A stretch of DNA of 64,000 nucleotides from Tubulanus polymorphus (Eukaryota; Animalia; Nemertea). The notes beneath the pieces are model-generated. The model had not been told where the DNA came from. It did no database searches and saw only the letters and a program-made list of their open reading frames with translations. Every line of letters begins with the position of its first letter. The stretch's first letter is position 1. The position numbers were made by a program, and so were the translations under genes. Shown here piece after piece: positions 52,853-64,000 of the stretch. The stretch is from assembly GCF_964204645.1 (NCBI RefSeq), contig NC_134035.1, positions 8,402,451-8,466,450 of the forward strand. The letters are read 5' to 3'.

Positions 52853-54714
52853 CAAGCCCATACCTCTGAGGGCTGATTCATTTTTCGTGATGAAATCATC
52901 ATTTTATTTCTAACCACAAATATATTTCTAATTCGATCACTTTTTTCTATAACGAAATAATTTTTGCTCACGTGCATATTTTGAATGCGATGTTAGGCAT
53001 AACAGCGATCTATTTTTTTCATAGCCGAATCATTCTTACTCGCAAATGAAATAAATTTCGACGGAAATTCATTTTTCGTATGTCGGACTTATTTTCTCGT
53101 CAGGCCCCTTATCGACCTGCATTCTGTATAAATATTCTGGTTGAAGAATTCGTTTTCGAAAGGAACATGCATCAAGACATTGTGCTAAAGATTGAGGTCG
53201 CGCTGTTGTTAGAGGGCGAAGGCACAAGCGATCGATCGGTAGCAAACGTAGCCTGATGTGACGCTTAAGGTCTTAAAATAGCGAACAAACATTGTTAATA
53301 CCGCGTCTCCAAGCGTAGTTTGCTATATTTGTTGGATAGGTTTTGTTATGACACCTGCGTTACATCTCTATGGTTACTAGCGGCAGAAGTCTTTGGAAAT
53401 ATGTCATCAACAGGTGGTTATATTAGGGCGGAATCTTGCATACAGATTTCTGAACTAATACTACCAATAAACAATGAACGAATTCACAATTGCTTATAGG
53501 CACCGTGTTCACTAAGTCACGATCATTTTCTTTTTTTTTTGAAAAAAAATATTTTTGATACGTGGCCATCTTCTTTTTTCTCAGTTTTCGGTAAGATTCA
53601 TTTCACTATCCTTCTCAGACATTTTGTATGTATGCGAAGGTTTTTGGCAAAGTCGTCACTTATACGTATATTCTATCATCTCGAGCGCGAATATCCGATT
53701 TAAACGAAATGCATTTCGATTACTTATTCCCATATTAAGCCGTTGTTGGTTGACACATATTTTTGGTTAGTTTCAAAGAACCGCTCATTGAAAGCGATAA
53801 TTCATTGTGCGTATTTATAAGCTAACATATAAATATTCGACGAATGCTAAACGAAGATCTATTTTACGTAAACCGAACCTTTTTTAACACATTATTCGAA
53901 GCCCAAAGCCGGAAGTGTAAAAAAAGAGATTATATTTTGTAGAAACAACGGATTATCTATTCCGTAAATGGATATAAGCTGGGTCCCCACGAATGCGGAT
54001 TAATAGAAACTTCTGTTGACTATCAATTAAAGCGTGTTCTCGATGTACTAGCACATTGAGAAGCGTATAACTATAACGTGGAAATCATCAATCAGAATTT
54101 ATGAAATGATAGCTTTCGACTGTAAGAGCATATACGACGTGATTTAATTAGGGTGATCATAGACTGTTTGTCAGTACAAACATTAATTACACGGCCTTAC
54201 TATTGCAACACGCTGTTTGATTATTAATTAGTAAATCCGAAAGTTGTCCTAGTTTGTTTTGTCTTATTTTCTTGGACGCGGGGAATCTCGTTCGGATATA
54301 GTAACGATTTGATCTACATATTATATCCAGTGTTTAAACTGCATGATTACAAACAAACGAATTTCAATTTACATGTATATTAAAAGCAATATATGTGGCT
54401 TGACATAATGATAATAATGATAATGATTTTATTTCCACAATAAGTTACAACATGTCATAAAGATATATACGAGACTATACAAATATGAAATAGTTTAATA
54501 TAATGCGTTAATTCCATCCTCAATAAGAAGTTTTATTCGCGATACTATAAATTGAAATTCGTTAACACCGGCGAAATGTAAATCACGCTTCTAACGAAAG
54601 TCGAAGAAAATTAGTCAATGAATAGGACAACTTTCGTTACTTGATAAAGTAATGAACCCTCAACAATAATGTCGTTGAAATAAATTCATTCGTTTAACAT
54701 TTTAGGGCATCTAA

Positions 54715-54935
54715 GGCTTGGGAAAAATGATATCATGTTGCTCCTAATCGGCCGGGTCATTTTCTAAACCGTAATTAAAATTCGTAATCAGTTCATTTCT
54801 ATAGCTGTCAGATCTGTTATGGTTAGCTTGATCATGATTTCAAAAAGTAATGTACAGGGTAATGTGCAGGGTAATATGGCGGCCGATCGGGTCAACTTGT
54901 AAACTCAGCACAAATGAGAAACAATTTTCTAAGCC
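54715..54935. mobile_element. MITE with TAA TSD (Zator- or Harbinger-type); second copy at 9859-10088
   Basis: TAA|GGCTT...AAGCC|TAA; internal cagttcatttctatagctg...ttatggt...gtacagggta shared with 9859-10088. Confidence 0.7.
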
Positions 54936-54944
54936 TAACTAACC

Positions 54945-55016
54945 CTTATTATTTCGTCTTAATTGTGGCATTCTCGTTATATTATCTTCACAGCACGGAT
55001 ATAGTGTTTCATCGAT
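54945..55016 (+). mobile_element. 3' stub (tail only) of the 43671/47016 family
   Basis: ttgtggcattctc...atcttcacagcacggatatagtgtttcatcgat matches the family tail. A minus-strand relic also lies at ~6021-6120. Confidence 0.55.
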
Positions 55017-55978
55017 GGCGATCGCCGTTGGTTTTCAAGCACATCTGGATTTCTTTAATAGTTTGACAACAATGACAAATTTTTATCTTAATAACGGAAA
55101 ACATCTTTGTTTTTCTTCGAAGTGAGCTGCAAGGATTGCATGTCACGAAAAATGATATTGATTGTCGACAGATATGCATTTTAATGTAAAACATTCTTCG
55201 CTCACACGCGGACAATCAATTTCGGTCAAATCTTGATCGTTATTATGCGCAAAGTTGAATTGAAATAACGAAGAATCTTTGCCAGTAAGTAGTTTATAAG
55301 TTATTTATCAAGTAAAAAGCTGATAACGTTTTAACGAGGTGGACCTTGCACAACATATTGAACTCCGATTTTGTTGCAATATTTTCCTGACTCTTTATAG
55401 AATTAGATACCATCCAACTCGGCTATCGCACTCGAGTCGGACTGCTTTCTACGTTTCGCAATTTTACTATATTTCAAATTAAATGTTTCATAACAAAGCC
55501 TATCGCACGTGATTTTTAAGATAAAAAAGACCTACCGAAGCTCGGCTGCTGTCCACCACGCACCCGACTGCATCCCAACGATGTTATTCTAGTTCAGACG
55601 TTCGCTTGCGACCTCAATCGTAGATCAACTGAATTCACCCTAGTTTTAGATCAGTTTCCACAGTAACGTATAACAAATGTACATATTGACACCAATTAGA
55701 TACGTAACTATGATGATGGCTGATAAGAGAACGCGCGGAAATAGATTTCACTTGCCAGGACGAAAATCTTGTGCGCGCGTGCGCTACGACAAAGTTAGAG
55801 ATATAGTAAAAATTTGTTGAAAACATTTTTTTAGCGCGCTCTCGTGAACGGGATAATAAAAAATGAATCCACGTGGCCAGATTCAACCACTATAAATATG
55901 GTGACTGATTCGCGACATTGGTATATGAAATAAATACGCCAATATTAGACTGATTGAATCTTACGACATTACGCTATA

Positions 55979-56075
55979 TGGACGTGCGGAGACGTATGGA
56001 CGTGCGACATACCGACAAACCGACGAACCGACAAACCGACATACTGACAAACCGACGAACCGACGTACCGACATA
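55979..56075. repeat. Degenerate 8-mer tandem repeat (GACAAACC/GACGTACC/GACATACC)
   Basis: Visible. Confidence 0.85.
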
Positions 56076-57380
56076 CCCGTGCATGGATTACCCTTATATA
56101 AGGTGGCTGCAATCGAGGGGTCGAAAACGTGCGAAAACAAATCTCAGCGCGCAAAAACGAATCATTTCATTTTTGCTTCACCGAGAACCTAAGTGTCCAA
56201 CACTAGGATCGTAGAGCGACGGAGATCTCTGTGGGCTGCCACGACTGGGTGAAATTTTTGTGCGCTATCTATTTGTTTTTGCGAATTATACGGTCATTGG
56301 TTCACCATTAATAAGGTTCATTTCTGCGTTCTGCAATATATTTTTTTGTGCGGCATATTGTACGGACTTTTTTTTCTAACTTGGCCCGAATCGGCCACCA
56401 TAGTCACACGTATAAATTCGGTTTGATTTCTCCCTGCCCTGAGACTGTTCAGACTATACCCTTACCGAAGGGATTATACCCTTTACCTAAACCAGAAATG
56501 AATACTGAGCACGCTTTTCGGGCTTGTTTCTTGCTTCGCACGAGTTGCTTCGAAATACGAAACAGCGTTTCGGTAAACCGTGTTTCGTGAGAAATCTTGT
56601 GGCACCAATCAGATTGCTCGTTGTATATTTGCTTAGCTAAATCCAGGCTAAAATAAGACACATGATTTCTGATTTGTTAATAATCGTCTAAGCTGCCTAA
56701 GCATAGCTGCAAACTCGGGCTGGTGTGGCAGGGTTTCGTACCGTGGCGAGTCGTGCCACCAGGTTCGAATCCCTACCAGAATGGAGAATGGGCTCATCGC
56801 GCTCTTAAAAAACCCACCCGCGACCTATTCAACGCTACCACTAATCTGTTTACGGAGGTGACATGGTTAGAAAGATAAAAATTGTTCGTTCCCACGTTAA
56901 GATTACTTCGTAAAAATCCGGGAAATCCGTAAATTTTCTTTGATAAAATCACGAATACACTTCAAAGCTTACCGGGGCCAAAATCGTTTAGTTAAATATG
57001 TCTCATCAATAGAGCGACGCCCAAAAATGAATTTCCCTCACGCAGCTTGAACACAATATTCAAAAGCCAAGAAATTAAGCGGGACTTCTTCACGGCGTTG
57101 AAAACGATAAGCCATACACCTGTACTTTCTCAGCTTTCCACCGTTTGTACAATTAAACGGAGATTTTAAAACGATCGGTACTTGTGTAACTGCTCGTAAA
57201 TGTATCGTATCGAGCCGTAACCGTGTATTATGCGGCTACTGTGCAAGGCGTCTTTTCAGTTGAAGTACCCGCATCAACGAGCCGTTTAGCCGGGGGTGAT
57301 ATTTAATGAAGTAAAAAATCTCCGAGAACCATTAGCACAAAACACCTTATCCACTTGTACCTCATCGCATTACTGGAGTG

Positions 57381-57390
57381 CTTTTATATA
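57381..57390 (-). promoter_or_regulatory. Candidate TATA box for the GPCR, with a candidate non-coding first exon ~57356-56973
   Basis: Minus strand reads TATATAAAAG; about 400 nt downstream is a strong donor CCG|gtaagc at 56973/56972. Confidence 0.35.
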
Positions 57391-57751
57391 GCCCGTCACC
57401 TGGGCACGCTGGCAATTATTAGTACGTATCGCCGAACACAAAAACGAGGTAAAAGAACATCACGGTAAAGTCACGGAGCCAGCTTCGTAAAATATCCTCA
57501 AAGGCGCCGCATTTCGATTGAAGAATTTGTCAAAATATGAATAAACAAAAATGCACCGATGATGGTCTTACGATTTATTCACTGACAGTTTCGAAGTTTT
57601 GATTTCGAAACTGCTAGAAAATGAATTGTAAAATCATCAATCATCATCGTTTTGTTCGTTAACTCTGGAATACTGAGATCAATTCGGTCTAACAGTCTCG
57701 TCATGTCTTAATAGTTATCATCGAATTTATCCAGAGGATAGCCAGTACATA

Positions 57752-57867
57752 CGGGACCCAGTTCCGCAGTTGTGAGTTATAGAGTTAACTCTGAGTTAAA
57801 GTTAGTTCATTTTCAATGAGTTAACTCAGAGTCAAATCTTACCTCACAACCGTGGAGCTGGACCCAG
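57752..57867. mobile_element. Palindromic MITE, same family (degenerate copies also at ~58357-58472 and ~62554-62626)
   Basis: Near-identical to 37001-37114. Confidence 0.85.
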
Positions 57868-58052
57868 TTTCACAGAATGTAACCGGAAATTCGCGAAATT
57901 TAAATTGGTTGAAATCTTTTTGATTCGGTATCAAGTAAAAATGTATCGTCGATGAAAAGTTAACTATTTCCACATAGGTGCGTGAAAAATCCACTACGAG
58001 TGAGAATCCACGGACATAAACTCTACTTTCCTAACGTTTCCAGGAGTAAGAA

Positions 58053-58236
58053 GATTCGCAGGTTTGGACTAAATACAAACGAGACGAGTAGTGCTGAGGT
58101 TAACTATTTTATTTGACGCACGAGCTTTCGCTACTAATGTATTGTAGCTTCGTCAGGTGAATAAAGCTACTACACCTAGGGTAGCGAAAGCTTGCGCGTC
58201 AAATAAACTAGTTAACTTATGAAGTACTACTCGACG
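58053..58236 (-). mobile_element. Penelope-like inverted insertion with hammerhead core and ~14-bp TSD
   Basis: TCCAG(G/A)AGTAAGAA at 58039-58052 and 58237-58250; inverted arms ~58085-58134 / 58181-58233; ~32-bp tail 58053-58084. Confidence 0.75.
58119..58159 (-). ncRNA. Minimal type I hammerhead ribozyme motif (CUC cleavage triplet)
   Basis: CAC CTGACGA A GCTAC aatacatta GTAGC GAAA GCT C GTG: full core, helix I CAC/GTG, helix III palindrome AGCT. Confidence 0.75.
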
Positions 58237-60031
58237 TCCAGAAGTAAGAATGTGATTCTGTCTTGTTTTACCGGTGTCATGGAATCAGATAGTATGATTT
58301 ATTTTCATATAGAATTTTTCACAAAATTGACGAACAACAATAGAATATAGTCCATTGGCCAGTTCGACAGTTGTGAGTTCACAAAATCATTACTCATTTC
58401 ATTTAACTACTCATTGAAAACGAACTAATTCAAACTTCCGAGTTAACTCACAACCTGTTATGGAAATAGGCCTTTTGAAGCAAAGGTTAGCCGGTACTAA
58501 TGAAAATAGACCTCAGATAAAGAAAGGAAATATGAAATCTGGAAGGATCAGATTTTCATCGTCTTTCACTGTTGGATACATGAATACAGACGAAAGTAAT
58601 TTCTATTTATAGGCGGTTTGTCGATGTTATTGTCACAGTCGTAATTGCATCAGAATTTGCGGAGACTTAAAACCTTTAAGAATTAGAAGGTATATTGATG
58701 GTAATAATAGTCAAGAGTAGAACAATAGAGTTTTCTGCCGTACCGACGGAAACCCTAGATATGCCGAAAAAACTAAAGCAGGAAATGAAAACACTAATAT
58801 GAGACATGATACATATCTATTTATCTATCATCCCCATGCACATGAGATCTAGCGTATTGAATTCAGAAATAGGGATGTTATTTTTTTTGTCTCGAAAATG
58901 ACAACACGCTTTTCGATTTTTTACATCTTTATCTTATCCGAAGCATTGGGGAATACGTACGTAATTTGATAATGGCGGATTCGGTCTATCCGGTCAGTTT
59001 TTATCGCTCATTCATTTCTGTCCGAACGAATTAGAAAAATTGCGTCGCAATAAAGTCCGTCGTATAAATAATGCTGGGTAAATCTATTTTCGGTGGCCAC
59101 ATATAGATTGATCGTCCATCGGCCTCTATTCCAACACGAGAGGTTTTTTCGTGTATCCCGTGTAGGAGACCTTCTGTCTGGTATCGCGCAAAAACATCGC
59201 CCGCGGGCGTAGTCGCGAGCGTACCGATGCGCTTTTGATGAAATTATTTAGTTATACGAAATGGGGAAGTCACGAAACCGTATTATTTTACGTAACAGCT
59301 CGCGGCTGGAAATTAGTAGCAGAATAATCGCCGGGCTGATTCGATCAGCAACGATAGGAAAACGTAACAAAGCAGTTAGGTGACTTCATTGAAAAAAAAC
59401 AGCAAAAATAAAGATAGAGGTTGGAATTAATATGAAAAGTTTCGTCCATCAGCTCGAAGCCGTTTGGAAGTACCGCGAGAAAATGTGCAAAATGTCGATG
59501 AATTTTCCTCATTCTACTAATCGATGCTTGACCTTGTTTCCTGAAGATGACATCACAAGCCATTCGGAAGGGCTTTCCCAGTGATTTCCATATCAAGAAC
59601 ATAGTATTGATTGTTCTGCCATGTGCTGAGTCATAGGGAAACCCCGTTATGTATATCATCAAAGCTGAACATGCTTACTTGCGCACCATGATTCATCTTT
59701 ATCAGCTGTTTATACGTTATTGTATATGCGAGAACAAATCGATATTTGTTCTTAAAAGTCACGTCATTCATATTCATTTGTATTCTCTGGCGAGAATTCA
59801 AAAGTTTTTGTTTTCCCGCGCGAGAAAACAAAACATTTCGGTTTTCTCGGGCGAAAATTGAAAAAAGGGCCAATTTATCGTGCCTCTAGCCGTACAGAAA
59901 AAATGTATTAACAAATTATGACCCGAAACGACCAACATATTTAGATGATCGTACGTTTTCGAATTCGAATTGCAATCTACTTTATTCATTTTTTTATATC
60001 ACTGGTAAAATGAGGGAAAGTAATGTTTGCC

Positions 60032-60085
<54 letters not shown>

Positions 60086-61823
60086 CAAAAAAAAGATATA
60101 CGTGATATAAATACGTATTGTAAATATACAGACTTCGTTAGCACGAGCTTATAGAATAGAAGATGTAATAACGAGTGAATGACTATTATTTCCTCGAATC
60201 GTCGGTTAATACGTAGGTGTTTGAAGACGCATTATCGCTCGTCTCGTGGACGGACATATTAGGAGTTTTATGCGCGCCCGCTCTCAATGGAACGATTATC
60301 GTTCACGAATAGCCGGCCGTTTCATCCGTTTAATGCGACTATCTCAATCGAAGTCGACGGCAACCGCGTCTTTCACGAATTAAGCCACTCGCCATCAGTC
60401 GGTATTGGCTTTATGATATTTGCACGAGGGATTTCCAACGCGCCAGTCGCATACATATGTCCGATGCGACCTTATCGCCTCGCTAATTATGTAAAGTATT
60501 GTATACGACCGCCTTGGCTCGAGTTACACAGAGCCGTGAACAATATTTCACGTGATTTAAAGGTTCGATCCAATATAACCAAAAGGTTCGACCATAAAGC
60601 CCGCCGCACACGGCACAACATTTTTGTTTCGCCAAAACAGAAAACACGTTTTTCAGAAAACGTTCTTTTCGGTGACGTGTGCGGCGGGCTTAAGGTGCCA
60701 GTTTTATTGAGCGACATGTAACGTTATATCCGTATGGCGCTATCATCGCCAATGTCTTTATGGCTTGCGGTGGCAATTGACTCACAGCCGGCAGGTGGTT
60801 GGTTCAAACTTAAATAAACCCGTACGATCCGACCAGGACTTTTGTAGGGCCAAATTCGGTTTTCGTATCTATTCGACTAGTGGTCGGAAATGGTAACCGA
60901 ATGCGCTTCATTTCCGAACTATTTCCAGAATATAGTTCCGACTAATTTAACTTCGGTTTCATTTAGTTCGACCATAGTCGACTAACACCAGTTCGTTCAG
61001 GGGCTGATTTGCAGTCTTTATAATGTAATGTTCCCCGACAAGCTGATTTAACGAAGGATATCCGATGGCTATCCTACCGATTCGGGATGGCAACTGGCTT
61101 AGATTTAAACACAGATGATACAATAACGTACGCAAACGTAAACGTGCGTCTTTTTTAAACGAACAAAAAAAAACTAACGGGAATCCTTTAGAAACAGCCC
61201 CTCCCTAACCATGCAATAAGTCAGCGACCAAGGCTTCAATTCCACGTGAAAATGTCGAATAATTAAAAAGAACTTAACCGCGGAATCTATTGCCTGTAAC
61301 TGAAGTGTTGTAACTTTTTTTGAAAAGAACGTTCAAATATTATTCACGGTAAATGGGATTACACGGCTCGCCTGCTATACTTAGCACACATACTTCATTA
61401 AACATGACCCAGAAAAAAATTGACTTCTACTCTTCGTATCGGTACTTTGAAACCCTTGTAATGGCAATCGATATAAGCTTTTAGCTTTGATAGTTCGTCG
61501 TATCGAATATTTTTCTGGTTTTTTTTCGTCGGAATATGATTGACCCAGATTCTGCGGCGTGTCAAAGCAGCACCATCGATGTCATTACGAAACTCGCGGC
61601 GTTTCGCGTATTTCGCCCACGAGTCATTTTCAAAATCGCATTTTCAAAAAGACCTGCAGCGATTTTTCATTCCCGGGAGTCGACCAAACGCCATTAGTCA
61701 GCCGGATTATTTACATATTATCGGCGTTACGCCAACACGCTTTGGCATCGGGATGTTCGACGAGCTTTGCATTTTTTTCCTAATTTTGCGAAGGAAAAAA
61801 AAAACCAACGAGATATGGACTAT

Positions 61824-62066
61824 TACGGAAGCGTCCTGGGGACATATCTATTAAAAAGATTTTTCGAGGTTAATTCCGAGTTTGTAACTCGGAATTTACT
61901 AGTTTTCTCAATTAAATGCGATTTTCGAGGTTAATTCCGAGTTTGTAACTCGGAAAAAAAATAGTTTTCTCAATTAAATGCGATTTTCGAGGTTAATTCC
62001 GAGTTACAAACTCGAAATTAACCTCGAAATTTTTTTTTATAGATATGTCCTCAGTACGCTTCCGTA
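61824..62066. mobile_element. Second copy of the IS3EU-like element
   Basis: TACGGAAGCG...CGCTTCCGTA; TSD GACTAT both sides; tandem ~60-bp units. Confidence 0.8.
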
Positions 62067-64000
62067 GACTATGAATGGATTCATTTTCAACATAGCATAA
62101 CATTAACAGCATAGTATAACAAAATGCAGAATACGAAATACAGTAAATTAAACCTGAGGGGTCTAAAGAAACTAACAACTATCAATAGAACCAGTCTAGT
62201 CATATTCGTAGTAAAAATAGCGGTTGTTCGGTTGTTGACTTTGATGAGAATTTGTTCTGATAGGGGATACGACTAATGGAACGATACCAAAATTGCAAAG
62301 AATCCTTTCTCATTCTCGTCAACTAAGAAACAAAAAAAGAATATGTAAATTCGAGCACGAATTGGCTGTGACATAAATCTCGCGGTTCGCCAGTTGTAGG
62401 TAGGTTGGCTCTCTTTAAGAGATCCAGTTCCACCCAAGTACCCAAGTCACGGCTAGTGCTTCTACATTAGGATTACCGGAACTCAGGAAATGCGCGTGAG
62501 CAAAATGTAGATTAGTCCTTATGAAGAGAAAAAAAACGAATGGTCCGTATATACAGAATCCAATTCCATAAGTTGAAACGAATTCATTTTAAATGACTTA
62601 ACTGAATCAAATCTTAACTCAGAACTTAATTAAACTATAGCAAGGCACCGCAATATTCTCATTCCATATTAAATGGCTGATCGGTTTTGTTGTTCGCTTA
62701 TAGTTCTATCTTATAACGAAGGTCGAACCGTATGAATTTAAGGATCATTCTTAAGACAGGTGTCTGACGCGGCATTACCGTAGGTCCAATTACGTCGTCT
62801 TTTCGCTGACACCGAGTTAGCTTATATATCTATTATACCGAGCTATTTCTGGCGCTATCCTAACTCACAGTTGGTTAGCGCGACAGCGGTACGGCTGCGC
62901 GGCTGTTTTTCCAGAAGTCAACTCAATTTTTCGCTTCGTGGAACTGATTTTCTGATCAAAGGCTTATATTATTCAAAGAGGGCATGTACAAGGTATTACA
63001 TCGATCATTAAATATACCGGTACACGCACGCACATGTAGAATGTGCGTCGTTGGTATCTCTTTGGGAACGTTTTACCCGAAAAATATTGAGGTCGAAAAT
63101 GTTTATCATATTTTTGTCTCATTCCTCACCCGACACAACCGAATTACCTATAATCAGGACCTGTTTTCGGGGTCGGTCTCGTGGGGAGGTTGTTGCCCTT
63201 TTCGTCGAGACAGAAGTAATTAAAACCCATAAATTTACACTCATCGTCTAAGAAAAATTACATCTTTTGGGGTTTATTTCTTCAAAGTAATCTAATACCG
63301 AGGTTGGGACCCCATTATAGTGGCCATTGACATGTCTGCGTTATCCGCGAAATGCCTTATATTCAGGAACCTGGCCTGAATATATAAAGCATTGTTTCGG
63401 CGATCTTGTTGGATTTAGCTCCGATGTACGCGACCCAGAAAAACATGGAAACGGGGAATGAAACATGTTCGATCTCGGGAACGTTGTTTTCCGAAACCTA
63501 TTTTTCGCTTCTCCTATAAAACGGGACAGGGAACACTCGGAAACGTGTCTACGTCTCCTGTTTTCATGTGTTATGCGCGTCGGGCTTTATTGTATCTATA
63601 TTATACACTGGCGCTTGAGCAGTTTTGATTACAGATCCCGCGGCGCGCAAAAACGAGATCAACGATAAATTCAATTTCCAACAGTGATTGACTGTCGGCT
63701 GCGAGTGGATCAAGCCGTGACTGTATACAATAGGGATAACGTCAGTCCGATGTTGCGGGGTCGATGGAAAACGAGGAATGCTTCATTTCGGAAATAACAT
63801 CGACACACCGATTTGACTGCGGAGTCCAATTTCCGGTTCTATTTGTCCACACAATATCGCGCTACGATAAAAAATGGTCGTCAGATAAAAATACACATTT
63901 CGTTCTCACCATTAAGTGCGGTAAAAGCAGCGACGGCCGCAAGTGCGACATTTCCTCGGCACGGGTTTTTTTTCGCTACGTCAACAGAGACGGAGACGAA

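Noticed and set aside
56717-56780. tRNA gene (GGTTCGAATCC; similar at ~34488)
   Set aside because: B box only; no cloverleaf could be folded, so probably SINE head relics.
56973-57115. Selenocysteine or read-through N-terminal extension of the GPCR via the in-frame TGA at 57040
   Set aside because: The peptide is not signal-like, no SECIS was seen, and being in frame has a one-in-three chance.
57555-57650. Further hammerhead element (palindrome around cagtttcgaa...ttcgaaactg)
   Set aside because: No CTGANGA core next to a helix II; too degenerate to call.
60287-60721. 144-aa ORF (also 48776-49219, 44141-44551, 46917-47303)
   Set aside because: No recognisable domain; several overlap repeats or lie antisense in introns.
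61865-62030. CRISPR-like repeat array
   Set aside because: The spacers are near-identical, the array sits inside TIRs with a TSD, there are no cas genes and the DNA is eukaryotic.

Overview
Eukaryotic (invertebrate animal, probably lophotrochozoan-like; species not determinable from sequence) genomic DNA, AT-rich with abundant CpG. It holds two convergent spliced genes. On + is a two-coding-exon alpha-1,3-fucosyltransferase of the FucTA type (17297-18333 + 34815-35163, 461 aa, 16.5-kb intron). On - is a 12-exon class B1 (PTH-receptor-like/secretin family) GPCR (52210 to 38063, about 554 aa from Met 52200) with all splice phases consistent. The rest is introns and intergenic DNA full of short mobile-element relics: pogo/Tigger-like, Harbinger-like and IS3EU-like MITEs, tRNA-derived SINEs, L2 and RTEX-like LINE fragments, and microsatellites. 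The most notable unannotated signal is a dispersed set of about eight short elements from several sequence families that carry minimal hammerhead-ribozyme cores (CUGANGA...GAAA) with covarying helix II and palindromic helix III. Several have an inverted-arm + ~32-bp 3' tail + 8-14-bp TSD architecture typical of Penelope-like retroelement termini. Most short ORFs in the supplied track are spurious.
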